A DNA stretch of 63,493 nt, counting the filler, from Licmophora abbreviata (lineage: Eukaryota): assembly GCA_900291995.1 (NCBI GenBank). It is 10 parts of 10 records of this genome, joined end to end, with 100 filler letters (N's around TTAATTAATTAA, not from the genome) between each part and the next. Parts side by side here need not be neighbours in the genome. Positions count along the whole stretch, not along the records: positions 1 to 8,090 come from OLMU01000652.1; positions 8,191 to 11,193 come from OLMU01000656.1; positions 11,294 to 12,519 come from OLMU01000657.1; 7 more parts are not named here. One strand, written 5' to 3'. Position 1 is the stretch's first letter; every line of letters begins with the position of its first letter. The translations under genes and the position numbers were made by a program. Shown here in pieces: positions 1 to 11,459 of this stretch. Under the pieces are notes generated by a model that saw nothing but the letters and a program-made list of their open reading frames with translations, was not told the DNA's origin and searched no databases.

Positions 1-393
1 GATGGAAACATTTCTATCTTTCAATAATGATGTTTATGCCGTAAGGAGATTCCATGCTGGGTGGTCACGAGGGCTGTCTGCACATCCCTACGAGAGCTAC
101 CGGTATCAAGCCACTCGCCAGACGACCAGTTCGCTTTAAATACACAGCCTTAAAACTGAATTAATATCTAGAGGGAACCAGCTATTATTAGACCCGCTCG
201 TCGCACGCTGGGACATCTTCAGTACTTGTATGTCTTCCTAGGCAGGACTCTCTGACAGCACGTACAAGGATAACATGTATACTCCTTTTCTTCTGTTGAC
301 ACGTTTACCAAAACGTCACGTGACTGACGCACAGAGACGCGAGAGCGGCCGCCGCGCGCTTTTTCAAGCCCTCGCAAAAAATGTGCCGTGAGG

Positions 394-795
394 ATGATGA
401 CCATGGCGTCCATCCGAGGGCCGACGGCGGCGTTGTCGCTATACCGTTCGATACTAAAGGCGCATAGTAAGCACTTACCACAAGAAATGAAAGAGCTTGG
501 TGATGCATACGTAAAATCCGAGTTTCGGCTTCACAAAACGGCGACCAAGCCGGAGCAACTGCAGCAATTCTTTGATGCCTGGGACGGATACTTACATCAG
601 CTTTTGTCGACGGCGCGAGCAAAAGAAACAGTGGCGACGGGCGTATTGGACAACCCACAAGGCGACCCACAGCAGGCACGATCGTTTGAGTTTGGGAAAG
701 ATCTTCCTTCAGACTTGGAGTTGAACGAAGAGCAAGCTCAGCAGCTTGCAAAACTGAAGGAGGAGGCGAGAAAGGCGAGAAAGCCAGAATCTTAG
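394..795 (+). CDS. SDHAF3: Succinate dehydrogenase assembly factor 3 (ACN9/Sdh7, LYR family)
   Basis: LYR motif 'LSLYRSILKAHSKHLP..MKELGDAYVKSEFRLHK', then 'FGKDL...LNEEQ.QQL.KLKEEA'. First ATG is at 394 (alternative 403). Confidence 0.9.
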   Translation: MMTMASIRGPTAALSLYRSILKAHSKHLPQEMKELGDAYVKSEFRLHKTATKPEQLQQFFDAWDGYLHQLLSTARAKETVATGVLDNPQGDPQQARSFEFGKDLPSDLELNEEQAQQLAKLKEEARKARKPES

Positions 796-845
796 TGGTT
801 ACGATTGTTATATTAGAGGTCGCGACTACACAGGACTACTATTGG

Positions 846-2758
846 CTACGTGTCGGCAAAGCTCTGTGGCTCCGTGCCTGGAATCTCTTGCGACGCGTGC
901 GCTTCCTCATTCACGCCCCCATCGGCCGTCGGTTGGCTCGTCTTATTTTGTTGTTCCTGTAGCCTCCTTCGCTTTTCGAGTCTGGCGGGAAGGTCGGCAA
1001 TGGTTTCCGCTTGCGCGTTCCCCTTGTCAAGAGAGAAACGGCCCTCGCAGCCCACAGTCGTGGATGCTCCCTTCCCACTGTAGCCAAATCGTGCAATATG
1101 AAGGAGCCAGTCGAGTGGCACCACATGTAGCCCCCACTCCACAGCTTTTTCGAATTTCGGTCCCTGGTTTTCCTTGCATATCAAGTGCGTGTTGCTGCTT
1201 CGCATATTCTCAGTGTACGTAGCACCAATCGACTGCAGCAGGCAAATGATCCCGGATCGCTCGGATCCGACAAAACCCGTCACGGCCACCTTGATGCCCC
1301 CGCACTTGGCTTGGCTGGACACCGTCTCGGGCAGTCGACGGATGGGCCACGAATGCGGTTCGAATAGCCGTGGTCTCCGACCAGGCGATATGACTTTTTG
1401 GTCTGTAATACAAACTTTGAGCCAGAGGGGGTTCGCTGTAACGATGGAACAGAGATCTGCTCTCTCTACCCGACTGAGAAGCGGGTGCATTGTGATATGA
1501 GAGGACTCAAAGCCACCCCACCACAGGATGTAGCATATGCGTTTCGTCGGACCGGAACTTCGGGCCTTGTCAGCCTTTAGAGCCTCGACAAGTTTCTGCG
1601 ATAGCATTTGCCCGCCGTGCTGTAGAATCGATCGCTCCAATTCGCTCGAGTCGAAATCGACTGCATTAGATGGTGGCGAAAGACGCATGAGGGCAAATAT
1701 GCATCCACGAAATAGTTCCGATGACTTGGATGATTTTCGATCAGGCTTGGTTTTCGACTGTGAAGCGTCCAAGAGTGGGACTAGCTTCTTGGCTGTCCTG
1801 CGAGGTGGAAACTGCGACGGGGGCAAGAGTCGATTGGACTTCAAACTAGACACAACCCATGAGGGCGATACCGACGCTGGTGCATTCGGGTGATGCAGGC
1901 TCACTACTCGGGCGGCATCGCTGACGAGACGGTGATGGACAAGGAGGTGGTTAGTCCCATGTGTCACTCCAACACAAGAGAACGACAAGTACAAGAGAAT
2001 CGTAACGCACCGCCAATTTTCTGTGCAATCTGTTTCGACAATCATGTGCGTTATCATTTCGTTCATTTCCCAGTATATAGTCCCCCAGCCCCGGCGGATC
2101 AGCTTGCACAGTCGGTTCCGGACCTTCGAGTCGTCGTCAAAGCCAATCAAGAGAAAACGACACGATGAGAACATTTTATTGCGCACATTGCTCTCAAGAA
2201 GCTCATCTACAGTCTGAGAGACGTCGCTTTCGTCTTGTCTTTCAATTTCATCGACATGATGGACAGAATCCTCTTGCGTCCACGAGAACTTCCTTTCGTC
2301 GACCCGAGTTCCGCCGTTGCTGCAAGCATCCAACCACTCCGGCGACACAACTCGAATGCTGGGACAAGCCACAGCCGCTTCATATTTAGCACCCTCTGGA
2401 GCCGGTGCGATCAAATGCGTCGTCGTGGATGTATCCAAGTCTCGAGAGTATCTGCGGCGACAGAGCAATGGTGAGAACGAGAGTCGCATCGCAAGCACTG
2501 CCCTTTTTTCCACTCTCATATATCTCTTCTATTCACTCACCGTCCGCCGAGCCTCTCCACCTGGCGATGAAGCTTGATCTTAGATTCTGGCGCCAGACCG
2601 GTCAAACAAACGACGATGCCACGAAGCGGTGCAGACGAATTGCCTTCTGCCGCGACCGAGAGCCGACGCCGTGATGGCACGGATTGTGATGAGGATGCCG
2701 GTGGAGGATCCAAAGATCGTCTCCTTACACGTTTTCTTCCGTCGTCCACCCGGAACAT
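846..2758 (-). CDS. Multi-BRCT-domain protein (TopBP1/Cut5/Dpb11-like), 3 exons
   Basis: Four BRCT-like repeats ('LRGIVVCLTGL', 'FSSCRFLLIGF', 'LFRGCIF', 'IKVAVTGF...THLICK...KFEKAVEWGLHVVPLDWL'). GT-AG introns at 2540-2452 and 2010-1921 keep the frame. Confidence 0.8.
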
Positions 2759-3324
2759 GTTTTCTCCTTGGTCAAGCGAGCTGGTGACTTGAGACGAGAA
2801 GCTAGTGGGGAAGGAGGAGGGCAGAAAGAATGATCGAGCGTTGTCAAGTATTTGTCATTGTCAGCATCAATGAACACATCTCACGACATTCGAACGTGTA
2901 GCACAGGACGCGACCTCGCGTGGCGTTGAGAGCTCGCACAATCGACAGAGCTCAGCGTTTTCGCAATTGAAAAAGGCATGGCAGCTGCGATGTTCTTTGG
3001 ACGACCCTTCACTGCCCACGAGGATAGCATACTAGAGTGTATAAAAGAGTCAAAGTGTGTTGAAATTTGATCTATAATTCTTCTATTGTTTGTTTTGAGT
3101 TGTTGTTGTTTCGACGAAGGGATATTTTGTTGACATCGACGGCAGTAATCTCTAGTGCTTTGTACACACATGCCGCCGACGTCCCACCCAGTCTTCGTTT
3201 TCAAAAGTATCCACATAAATTCTGTCCAATCTGAGGCCTGACCATGTGTCAGTGCCACCCAGTAGTATCGCTTCCCAATCTTTCACGTGCAGTTCACATT
3301 GCATACACTTCGTAGAGTCGCAAG

Positions 3325-4510
3325 CTATGCCTCGAGCATGCCTTCACGAATGACGGCTTCGGCGATAGGACGCACCACGAAGAAAGCTGCCACAAAGGCA
3401 GAGACGGTGAAGGCCAGCGTTCGCGTGCCACCTCCCAACCTCCACGCCTTCTTTAGCGTCAGGAGCAAGCGGGTTGGCGCCGCGATCAACGTCCTGGTGA
3501 GCATGGCGACAAGTCGCTTTGCCTGACGATCTTCTGTCGCAATCAAGGTTCGACGATGGGCCTTGATACGCTTCAGAACAGTCCTTGCCGAAGCGACAAA
3601 ACTAGCGACCATCATGTCCCGTTTGAGAGGAGAGGTGGGCGGGGCAGTCGACACAACAGGCAAGGCAGGTGCAGCACTGGTAGCAGCCACGCCCACGGGA
3701 GAAGGACCAACTTGCGACACAGTGGCGTCAATGATTACCTCCTCATTCGATGACGACTGTTTCTTCTGCTGTAGTGCCAATTGATGCTTCTGAAGGAGCC
3801 GTTCGCTCGCAAGCTCGGCAACACCAAGCACGTAGAGTGCATCTTCTTGTTGCTGCATTGTGACCACGTTTTGGCCTTCCCGATCGCCATTTAACCAGCC
3901 AAGCACAGAAAATTTCTTTTCCTTTGGTTGCTCTGGTTCAACCTCCTCGTTATGCATGCGCTTGTAGCGGCGATCAAGGAACTCCAGATACTCGTCCACG
4001 ACTTGTTGTTCTTGATTATGCGCCTCGGGCTGTGTCGGTCGCTGAAACACTGAATTCCACCAACGCGCTCGAGGTTGCATAGTCTCCGTCGCATTGTCAT
4101 GTTCACTCTGTCGTTCTGAGGACTCGACGGCATCCCCATCTCTGTATCCCAGTTGTGTTGCGCCGATGCGTTGAGGATCGGGCAGAGAGAGGTGAGTGCG
4201 AGGTCCCATGTTGCTCCAAGAGGCTTTTTGCACCCGGTTGCCGTAGGTCATGGTAAGGCTTCTACGTGACTGGAAGCCTGCAGAATTCTGAAAACAAGTA
4301 TAACCCGGAGTTGCTGATTTTTTCCGCCGACAGCTGCTTGCTGCAAATTCTGATTGCAGGCCAGACGAGGAGAATGCCGTCGCTTGTGAGAGCGCCAAAA
4401 GCATCGTTGCCCATCCAAGAGCTGTGCAATACGTCGCTTTTAATGCCTTACGACGTTGGTGATGAGCGCAGTCGGCGTCTGCTGATAGTTTGCGAGAGAT
4501 CGTGGTCATG
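3325..4510 (-). CDS. Hypothetical protein, possibly plastid-targeted
   Basis: Long ORF with a hydrophobic segment ending 'SQATA-F', a helical core ('VDEYLEFLDRRYKRMH', 'EDALYVLGVAELASERLLQKH') and a C-terminal TM helix. Start codon uncertain. Confidence 0.65.
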
Positions 4511-5350
4511 GTTTGGTCTTGCGGCGCTGCAGGAGTTTGAGAACACATCTGAGTGAAAAGTGAGCTCATGAGCGATGGAAAATTTACGCGCCTTTTGACG
4601 CTAACGACTAATGCACGTACGTAATACAATACTAATTCCTACGTAGAAAGTGTTGAGCTTTCGACATTTTTACCTCAATTGCCACTTGAAGTTGTGCATT
4701 GCCTACGTGGCAAAAAGTGTCAAATCGATAAATAAAGACGTTCTGAGATTTATCGATGATGCGTGTCAGTCCTTGACGCTCCTCCGATTTGTATGCTGAA
4801 CGCTCCGTATCTCTTGGTACATTTCTACGTCAAAAGCGCCAGCAAGCCCGTCCCAACAGCTGAGCCGTGTGTTCTCCAGTCGCGGGTCGCCCAGAAAGAG
4901 CTCGTATTCGGAGCAGTTGATCGGAAAAGCTGTCAAGTCTTGCGGGGTCATCCATCCGTTTCGATACTCCGACTGAGCGCGAAAAATCGCTAAGCCAATC
5001 AATCGGTACCATCGATCCCGCGGGAACTAACAATGGCATGCTGTGTCAATGACGCGACGTCTGACAAGAACAGGCAAAGAGAAGAACAGCATAGCAACGC
5101 AGTCTTAATCTTGTTTCCTTTCTTGTCAAAGCTGCTAGTACGAGTAGATAGATACCGTGGTAGGTGTGAATCGGTGGCTCCCTAGTCTACATTGCTTAGT
5201 TGATCGCTCGCCACAAAAAGCTCAAAAAATTGAACGGATAAGTGCGCCACTCCGCTCAAGCCGCTACTGTTAGGTTTACACCAAAAGGTACAGCACTTGT
5301 AGCACATGTCTCTACTCTACTCTAGAGAGAGCTCAATAGCCACCAACAAA

Positions 5351-6508
5351 CTAGAGATTCGACTTCGTCCTCATCTCAGGCGGAATCTCCCACTCATTCT
5401 CCCCCAGCTCGTCAAACATACTCTCTACCACGGCTTCGCTGACCTCCTCGAGCGTCGATGGATTCCACGTTGGAGTGTTGTCCTTATCTACCAAGACCGC
5501 GCGAATTCCCTCGTAAAAGTCGCTGCCGGGTCTCATGCAGGCTTGTGACATGCGAAACTCCATTTGCAGAGCTTCTCCGATGGTGTTCAATCGGGAACCT
5601 CGTTTTAATCCTTCCAGTGTGAGTTTGAGCGAGGTTGGGGACACTCTCTCTAGCGTCTTGAGCGTCTCTTTTCCAAATTCATTGTCGAGTCCACGTAGTT
5701 TTGATACAATGTCCTCCATGCGATCGACACCGAGAAACACGTCGTCAATCATGAGTCGATTCTTGGCTAGGGAAGATTCTTGCGGGTCAGGGCCAGATGA
5801 ATCATGAAACGACTTGAGCACGGGTAGCACGACGTCCGGTGTCGACGGTGTCTCTGAGAGGGCATCTGTCGCCTGTACCAAGGCTTTCTCTAGTTCCGGC
5901 AGACGCTCGGACTTGACGTGATGGGTAGCAAGGCCTGTGTACATGAGATCAGAAGCATTCAATCGCACTCCGGTTAAGGCAATATACGACGCAATCGACT
6001 GAGGAAGAAGCCTCGGCATCCAGTACATGCTTCCCACATCTGGAAACAAGCCAATCGCGGTCTCGGGCATGGCAAAGACTGTGTTCTCAGTCGACACGCG
6101 GTACTTTCCATGCACACTGATCCCGGCACCACCTCCCATGACTACACCATCCCACAAGGATACCTGCGGTCGATCCCACACAGCGATTGCATGATTCACA
6201 TTGTACTCTTGTCGAAAGAATTCAGCAGTCGGTACATTGGGCAGTCCTTTGCCGTGCTCATGAGCGCTATCTGCGATCCCCGCCTCGTAAACTGCCTTGA
6301 CGTCACCACCCGCACAAAACGCAGGTCTCTTGGCTTCGCTGCTTTTCACTAGAATGCATTTCAATTCACTGGAGTGCCAATTGCTCAGTACATCCTGAAA
6401 ACACTCAATCATGTCGAGCGTCAGTGCATGAAGCGCCTTTGGATGGTTCAGTGTCACAATGCCAAGGTTTCCGGACCTGGACGGTAATAGTTTCGTGGAA
6501 AATCGCAT
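5351..6508 (-). CDS. HIBCH: 3-hydroxyisobutyryl-CoA hydrolase (crotonase fold, ECH_2)
   Basis: 'LNHPKALHAL', 'AFCAGGDVK', 'GVVMGGGAG', 'FAMPETAIGLFPDVG', 'DFYEGIRAVLVDKD..P.W'. Ends in -SNL. Confidence 0.93.
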   Translation of the reverse strand: MRFSTKLLPSRSGNLGIVTLNHPKALHALTLDMIECFQDVLSNWHSSELKCILVKSSEAKRPAFCAGGDVKAVYEAGIADSAHEHGKGLPNVPTAEFFRQEYNVNHAIAVWDRPQVSLWDGVVMGGGAGISVHGKYRVSTENTVFAMPETAIGLFPDVGSMYWMPRLLPQSIASYIALTGVRLNASDLMYTGLATHHVKSERLPELEKALVQATDALSETPSTPDVVLPVLKSFHDSSGPDPQESSLAKNRLMIDDVFLGVDRMEDIVSKLRGLDNEFGKETLKTLERVSPTSLKLTLEGLKRGSRLNTIGEALQMEFRMSQACMRPGSDFYEGIRAVLVDKDNTPTWNPSTLEEVSEAVVESMFDELGENEWEIPPEMRTKSNL

Positions 6509-6821
6509 TTTAAGGCCAGTGCTGGTATATGAAAGAGTCGACAGTGCGATTAGATTGAGCTGCTGTTGTGCGATTCGATCAAAGGCTCTCGTTTCTTAGC
6601 AAGAAAGTTGGAACTCTTTCGTCTGTTTTCTTCATCATGGTGTTTGCCGATGAGAAAAAAATTCGGACGGGCGAGAGCCAGACGGAAAGTTTCACGGCCA
6701 TCCAAAGCACCACACCGCAAAAGAACAAAAATGCAAAAATCAAAAATCGACTTCACTTCCATCCTCAAACGAAAGCGCAGCCGCTGCTGTCTCGTTGTGT
6801 TGGAAAGTGTGGATTGGTACC

Positions 6822-8075
6822 ATGGCAGCAAAATCGTCCTTAGTAGGAGACATATTTGGTGGTGGTAGCAAAAAGGGGACAAGTGAAACAGCTGACTCGT
6901 CTCTTTCAAATCTATTCGAGGAGTCTACCTCTCTGCCCGCCAAGCCACAGCACAAGGTGCAACCTCGCCGTGTTAGCTCAAAAGTTACCGAGTCGAACGA
7001 GGAGGTCGCTGCGACCACAACCAAGAAAAAGAGGAAACAGCGAAAGCCCAAACCCAGTCCTGACGACGCGAAAAGGGCGGGATCCGGAGGAGATGACACT
7101 GCACTTCCTGGGGACGACGATGAAGCGACAGCTGAAGGTCGCACTATCTTTGTGGGGAACTTGCCACTCTCTACCACACGAAAGGCCTTGGCCAGTTTGT
7201 TCAAGCCGTGTGGAAAAATTGAGAGCACTCGACTGCGCTCTGTCGCGGCAACAGGTGTCAAGTTGCCTCCCAAGCACGCCGGTGACCAAGACTTGGTAAA
7301 GAAAGTTTGCGCAAATACAGGCAAGCTGGATACAAACATCAAATCGTCTGCTCAGGGTTATGTCGTGTTCTGCGAAAAAGCAAGTGTGGAAAAGGCATTG
7401 GAGCTAAACAATACTGTTCATCCCGGAGCGTCCGAGCATCGGCTACGCGTAGATCGCGCTTCGCCGGTACACGATGCCTCTCGATCCGTTTTTGTCGGCA
7501 ATCTTCCGTATCATGCTGAAGAAGCGTCCTTACAGGCCTGTTTTGTCTCAAAGTGTGGTTTAAAGTCCAGCGATGTGGAAGCCATTCGCATTATTCGTGA
7601 TAAGGAAACCATGAAATGTAAGGGATTCGGTTATGTCTTGTTTGCCGACAAGGGCATGGTTGCGACGGCCCTGCAGAAAGTACATGGGCGTGTGTACTTG
7701 AAACGAGAACTTCGCGTGACGGTATGCGGTAAGCGATTCAAGGGACGACGCGGGGACGACAGTGCTGTACCAAACAAAAAGCAGAAGCGATCGTTTGAGG
7801 GAAATCGAGCAAGTGCAGTGGTGGCGCCAGGTGCCATGAAGAGGATTCTTGGCAAGCCGAGCTCGAAACACGCTGGTGATACAACCGGGCTGCCATTGAA
7901 GAAAGATAAGAAGCGACGGGCTCGCGGAGACACGAAAAGAAGCTCAGATGTCGCAAAGAAGGGTGTCAAGAAGGCCGGAGTCAGTCGTCGCGCAGCTGCA
8001 GAGGCAAAACTTGGAAAGCGCATCAAGAAGATCCAGAAACGCGTATCAAAAGGAATGGGCAAAGCTCGAAAATAG
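6822..8075 (+). CDS. RBM34: Nucleolar RNA-binding protein Nop12/RBM34 (two RRMs)
   Basis: 'RTIFVGNLP', 'CGKIESTRLRS', 'RSVFVGNLP', RNP1 'KGFGYVLF', Lys-rich tails. Confidence 0.88.
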   Translation: MAAKSSLVGDIFGGGSKKGTSETADSSLSNLFEESTSLPAKPQHKVQPRRVSSKVTESNEEVAATTTKKKRKQRKPKPSPDDAKRAGSGGDDTALPGDDDEATAEGRTIFVGNLPLSTTRKALASLFKPCGKIESTRLRSVAATGVKLPPKHAGDQDLVKKVCANTGKLDTNIKSSAQGYVVFCEKASVEKALELNNTVHPGASEHRLRVDRASPVHDASRSVFVGNLPYHAEEASLQACFVSKCGLKSSDVEAIRIIRDKETMKCKGFGYVLFADKGMVATALQKVHGRVYLKRELRVTVCGKRFKGRRGDDSAVPNKKQKRSFEGNRASAVVAPGAMKRILGKPSSKHAGDTTGLPLKKDKKRRARGDTKRSSDVAKKGVKKAGVSRRAAAEAKLGKRIKKIQKRVSKGMGKARK

Positions 8076-8090
8076 AGATGCGTCGATGAT

Positions 8091-8190
8091 NNNNNNNNNN
8101 NNNNNNNNNNNNNNNNNNNNNNNNNNNNNNNNNNTTAATTAATTAANNNNNNNNNNNNNNNNNNNNNNNNNNNNNNNNNNNNNNNNNNNN
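8091..8190. other. Artificial scaffold gap (100 nt, N-run with TTAATTAATTAA six-frame-stop linker). The same structure occurs at 11194-11293, 12520-12619, 27679-27778, 33177-33276, 34423-34522, 40886-40985, 42598-42697 and 44375-44474.
   Basis: All nine gaps have identical length and the same central linker. Confidence 0.98.
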
Positions 8191-8680
8191 GGATGCTGCA
8201 TGCGCACCTTCTCCGTCGTGACGAAGCCACTGATGGACGCGTGGACGCCATTTTGACTTCTCACCAGCTGGTACGGCAACACGGAGCTAACCTACTTCGA
8301 AACATCAAATTGCAAGGATGGAAAGTTGGAACAGATTTTACGAGTGTCGAATCGTCCGAAGCGGTCCGCCTCACGGTCACGAGGTCGAGCTAGGACTGAA
8401 GCGAACCTAAACTCAGCTTAAACAAGCATGCTTTAGGCCATGACGTGGTGGGGCCGGGATTGGCATCCACTGTGTGAGTTCTGTGCAAAGTCTTGGGCTA
8501 TTTTTTAAAAACTCTAGCTAGACAGTGGAAAAGTAGATCTATGGGACGATAGCTACACCCCACTTTTGCAAGAGCAAAACAAGTTCCTTAAACTGGGCCA
8601 TCGGGTAGATAACATACACGTTTCCACACAAACGACTCGGCATAGCGCGCTTGAGGCGATCAGGGTGGAGAGAAAACGTT

Positions 8681-10637
8681 CTACGCTTCACGAGAAGCAG
8701 TGCCATCGCGACGAACCGACCGAGGATGCTCGGCGGCAATGTCAGTAGAGTCGTCCAGCTTGGATTCCCCGTCAATCTCAGCCATCTTACTGGCAACGGA
8801 GCGTCGGGATCGAGCAGCGCCGATATCTTTTTCGTTGGAACGTCTTGGGTACGCCAAAGCATACAAGAGATCAAGGTGCTGGCGGGACTGTTGGGAGAGT
8901 TGACCGTGAGCAGGCATCCCTCGCATGATGCTTTCACGGCTGCGACGTGGCACTGTGCGAGACACACTGCCGGTACGTCCATCCAGAATGCGAACGTCAT
9001 CATCATTACTACCAATGGAGTGATCGTCGAGGTTATCCATGCCTTCTGTTTCCACGGTCGACGTCGAGTGGCCTCGACGCCCTACAGCACGGAGGAGGCG
9101 ACGATTCCACTTATTGACAATCTTCATAGAGATCATCGAACGACCGAGGCGGAACTGGACGGGCTGCGAAGCAGTCAATTCGATTGGACGACGCAAGTAC
9201 AGGTAAGACCCGTTCGACGAACCGGCATCCGTAAAGATGAACTCGCCATTCTTGAATCGGATCGACGCATGGCGTGCCGAGACGGTGCGATAGTCCAGCA
9301 CCATATCCGAGCCAGATGAACGCCCAAGGAGTAGAGGCCGGGTCGCGTTACGCCCGTCTGGCTTGAGGAGCGTGCTGAAGGAGAGTTGGAACCGAGTGTT
9401 GAAGAGTCGCTGCGCCATTTCGTGTTTGGTGGCAACGAGCAGAGAGACGTACGGAGGCTCAAGAGAAGACTTGAAGAGCTTGACCTGGCGGCCACCTTTC
9501 AACTTAAAGTCCGATTTGAAGGTGCTCTTACAGACAGAGCATGTCGCATCGACGGATGACAGGAAGCAGATTTGGTTATCCGCCTCGGCCGTATGCCACT
9601 TGCGGAGACATTCCACGTGAACGTACTTGGTATCACCGCTGCACTTGCACGGCGTAATAAGGGGATTGCCTTCCCCATGCTCCTCGTCAAAGCACATGTA
9701 GCACACTGGATTATCTCCTGTGCGAGGAGGCTTGGCTGCCGCATCTTCCATTGACTCATCATCCGAGTTTTCTGGTGCAAAAGAGAAGACAAGTGTACTG
9801 TGAGTGAACAGAAAAGCAGTGAAGGGAACACACAACTTCAAGTTCCAAACTCACCTCCATCTGTCTCCACCAAATCCAAGAATCCTCCGTTGCCCGACGT
9901 TGTATCCTTCATGATCTTCTGAATACGCTCTTCACTCAAGACGCGATTCTCAACGCCATTATGGGTTTCAATCACCACTACACCGACACTGCCAACTCGC
10001 AAAAAGTCTCCCACTTGCAATGTATGAGCCGCAGGCGGATGCTTTCGGTCTCCCAGCAAACGACACGTTCCCGAATGACGCGAAAAGGCTTCCGGGGCAG
10101 GAACGACATAAAAGGACTTCGCGTGCGTCGTCACCAAGAGCTGACAGGCCCGCGTGTCGGAAAGCTCGTACCGTTGGAGCTTGCGTCCAATGTGCATCGC
10201 GTACTCGGTGGCCAAGTCGTTGTTAAGAGTGCGATTGCGATTGGATCCCTGAATAATGACTCCCTGGGGTGCTCCAAAAAAAGAAAATATGCATAAGAAT
10301 TTCGGACGCATCGACTTGCATGCGGATAGAAGGCCTAGCAGCCACTTACCTCCGGTTTCACGGTGAAAGTAGTAAACTTCTTCTTTCCGCTGCCACTCTG
10401 ACTGTTGTTACAAGGATACACCTTGACTTCCACCTGTGTATCAAGACGCCCGTTGACTTCGGAAATAGGGTTGACGCACCGAGTCGCCGTTGCCGGAGAC
10501 GACGGGGTGTCAACCGACCGCTTGCTGGTGCTTTCCTGCGTCAAACGAGGCGATCGTGTACTCTCCGCCGAAGCGCGCGTCGCTTGTGTGTTGGTCGAAT
10601 GACGCGTCACAGGCTCGATAGGAGTACGGTCCGACAT
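8681..10637 (-). CDS. FHA-like / RING-CH (RINGv) / FHA E3 ubiquitin ligase, 3 exons
   Basis: C4HC3 ring 'CYMC...PCKCSGDTKYVHVECLRKW...CSVC' and FHA 'LLGRSSGSD...VSARHA...DAGSSNGSY'. Introns at 10349-10264 and 9854-9772. The start may lie further upstream. Confidence 0.85.
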
Positions 10638-11459
10638 GCTGGTTCGAGTGGCACTGCGAGTGCGTTCGGGAGGCGTCACGGCAGCGGTGGAGCGACGGGT
10701 TCGACTGGAACTTCGAGTGCGCGGGCGGCTGGAGTTCCGTTGCTGTTGCTGTTGTCTGGTTCGAGACGAGGAACGACTTCGTCTGGGTGAGGCGCCTCCC
10801 GCGGCTGCACTGGACGATGAGGACGCGATTGTGGCGGACGTGTGTGTGCTATAATAATAAGGCTGCAATCGGAGAGAGACCTTTTGGGGAGCGCAAGTCG
10901 CGGGGGACCGCAAAATTTCAGGTGTGAGTTGAACGGAATGACTGGCTAAAAAAGTCGCTTCACACACGATCACGTTTGACTGACCTAGAGAGCTTCGTTG
11001 GATTTCAATGGACGGCTCAAGCGACACTCTACTTTCTTTTGAAGTAATGACAATGACCACGAACTAACAAAAAGAAAGGACAGCAACTGGCAACAAGAGC
11101 ACTTCGCCGGTCTACTTCTTTGTGTGGTGTTCGCTCGCGGTGCCGTTGTCGCATCACGGAAAAAAACGATCCGCGACTTCGGCGAATGATCTTNNNNNNN
11201 NNNNNNNNNNNNNNNNNNNNNNNNNNNNNNNNNNNNNTTAATTAATTAANNNNNNNNNNNNNNNNNNNNNNNNNNNNNNNNNNNNNNNNNNNNATTGCTC
11301 ACAGATGGCGTCAGCTCAATTTTGGAAGTGCGAGCTCATCCATCACATCGCGCGCGATGTTTTGATGTGATGTTCCAAGAATCAAGATTGAAAGCATTAC
11401 ACAACGACTGGATCTCTCGTCGTGCATCATCATCACTCTTCCCCTGAACCATCGCCATC

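Noticed and set aside
8135..8146. Recurrent TTAATTAATTAA motif (nine copies) as a repeat array or CRISPR-like element
   Set aside because: Always centred in a 100-nt N-run. It is an assembler linker giving stops in all six frames.
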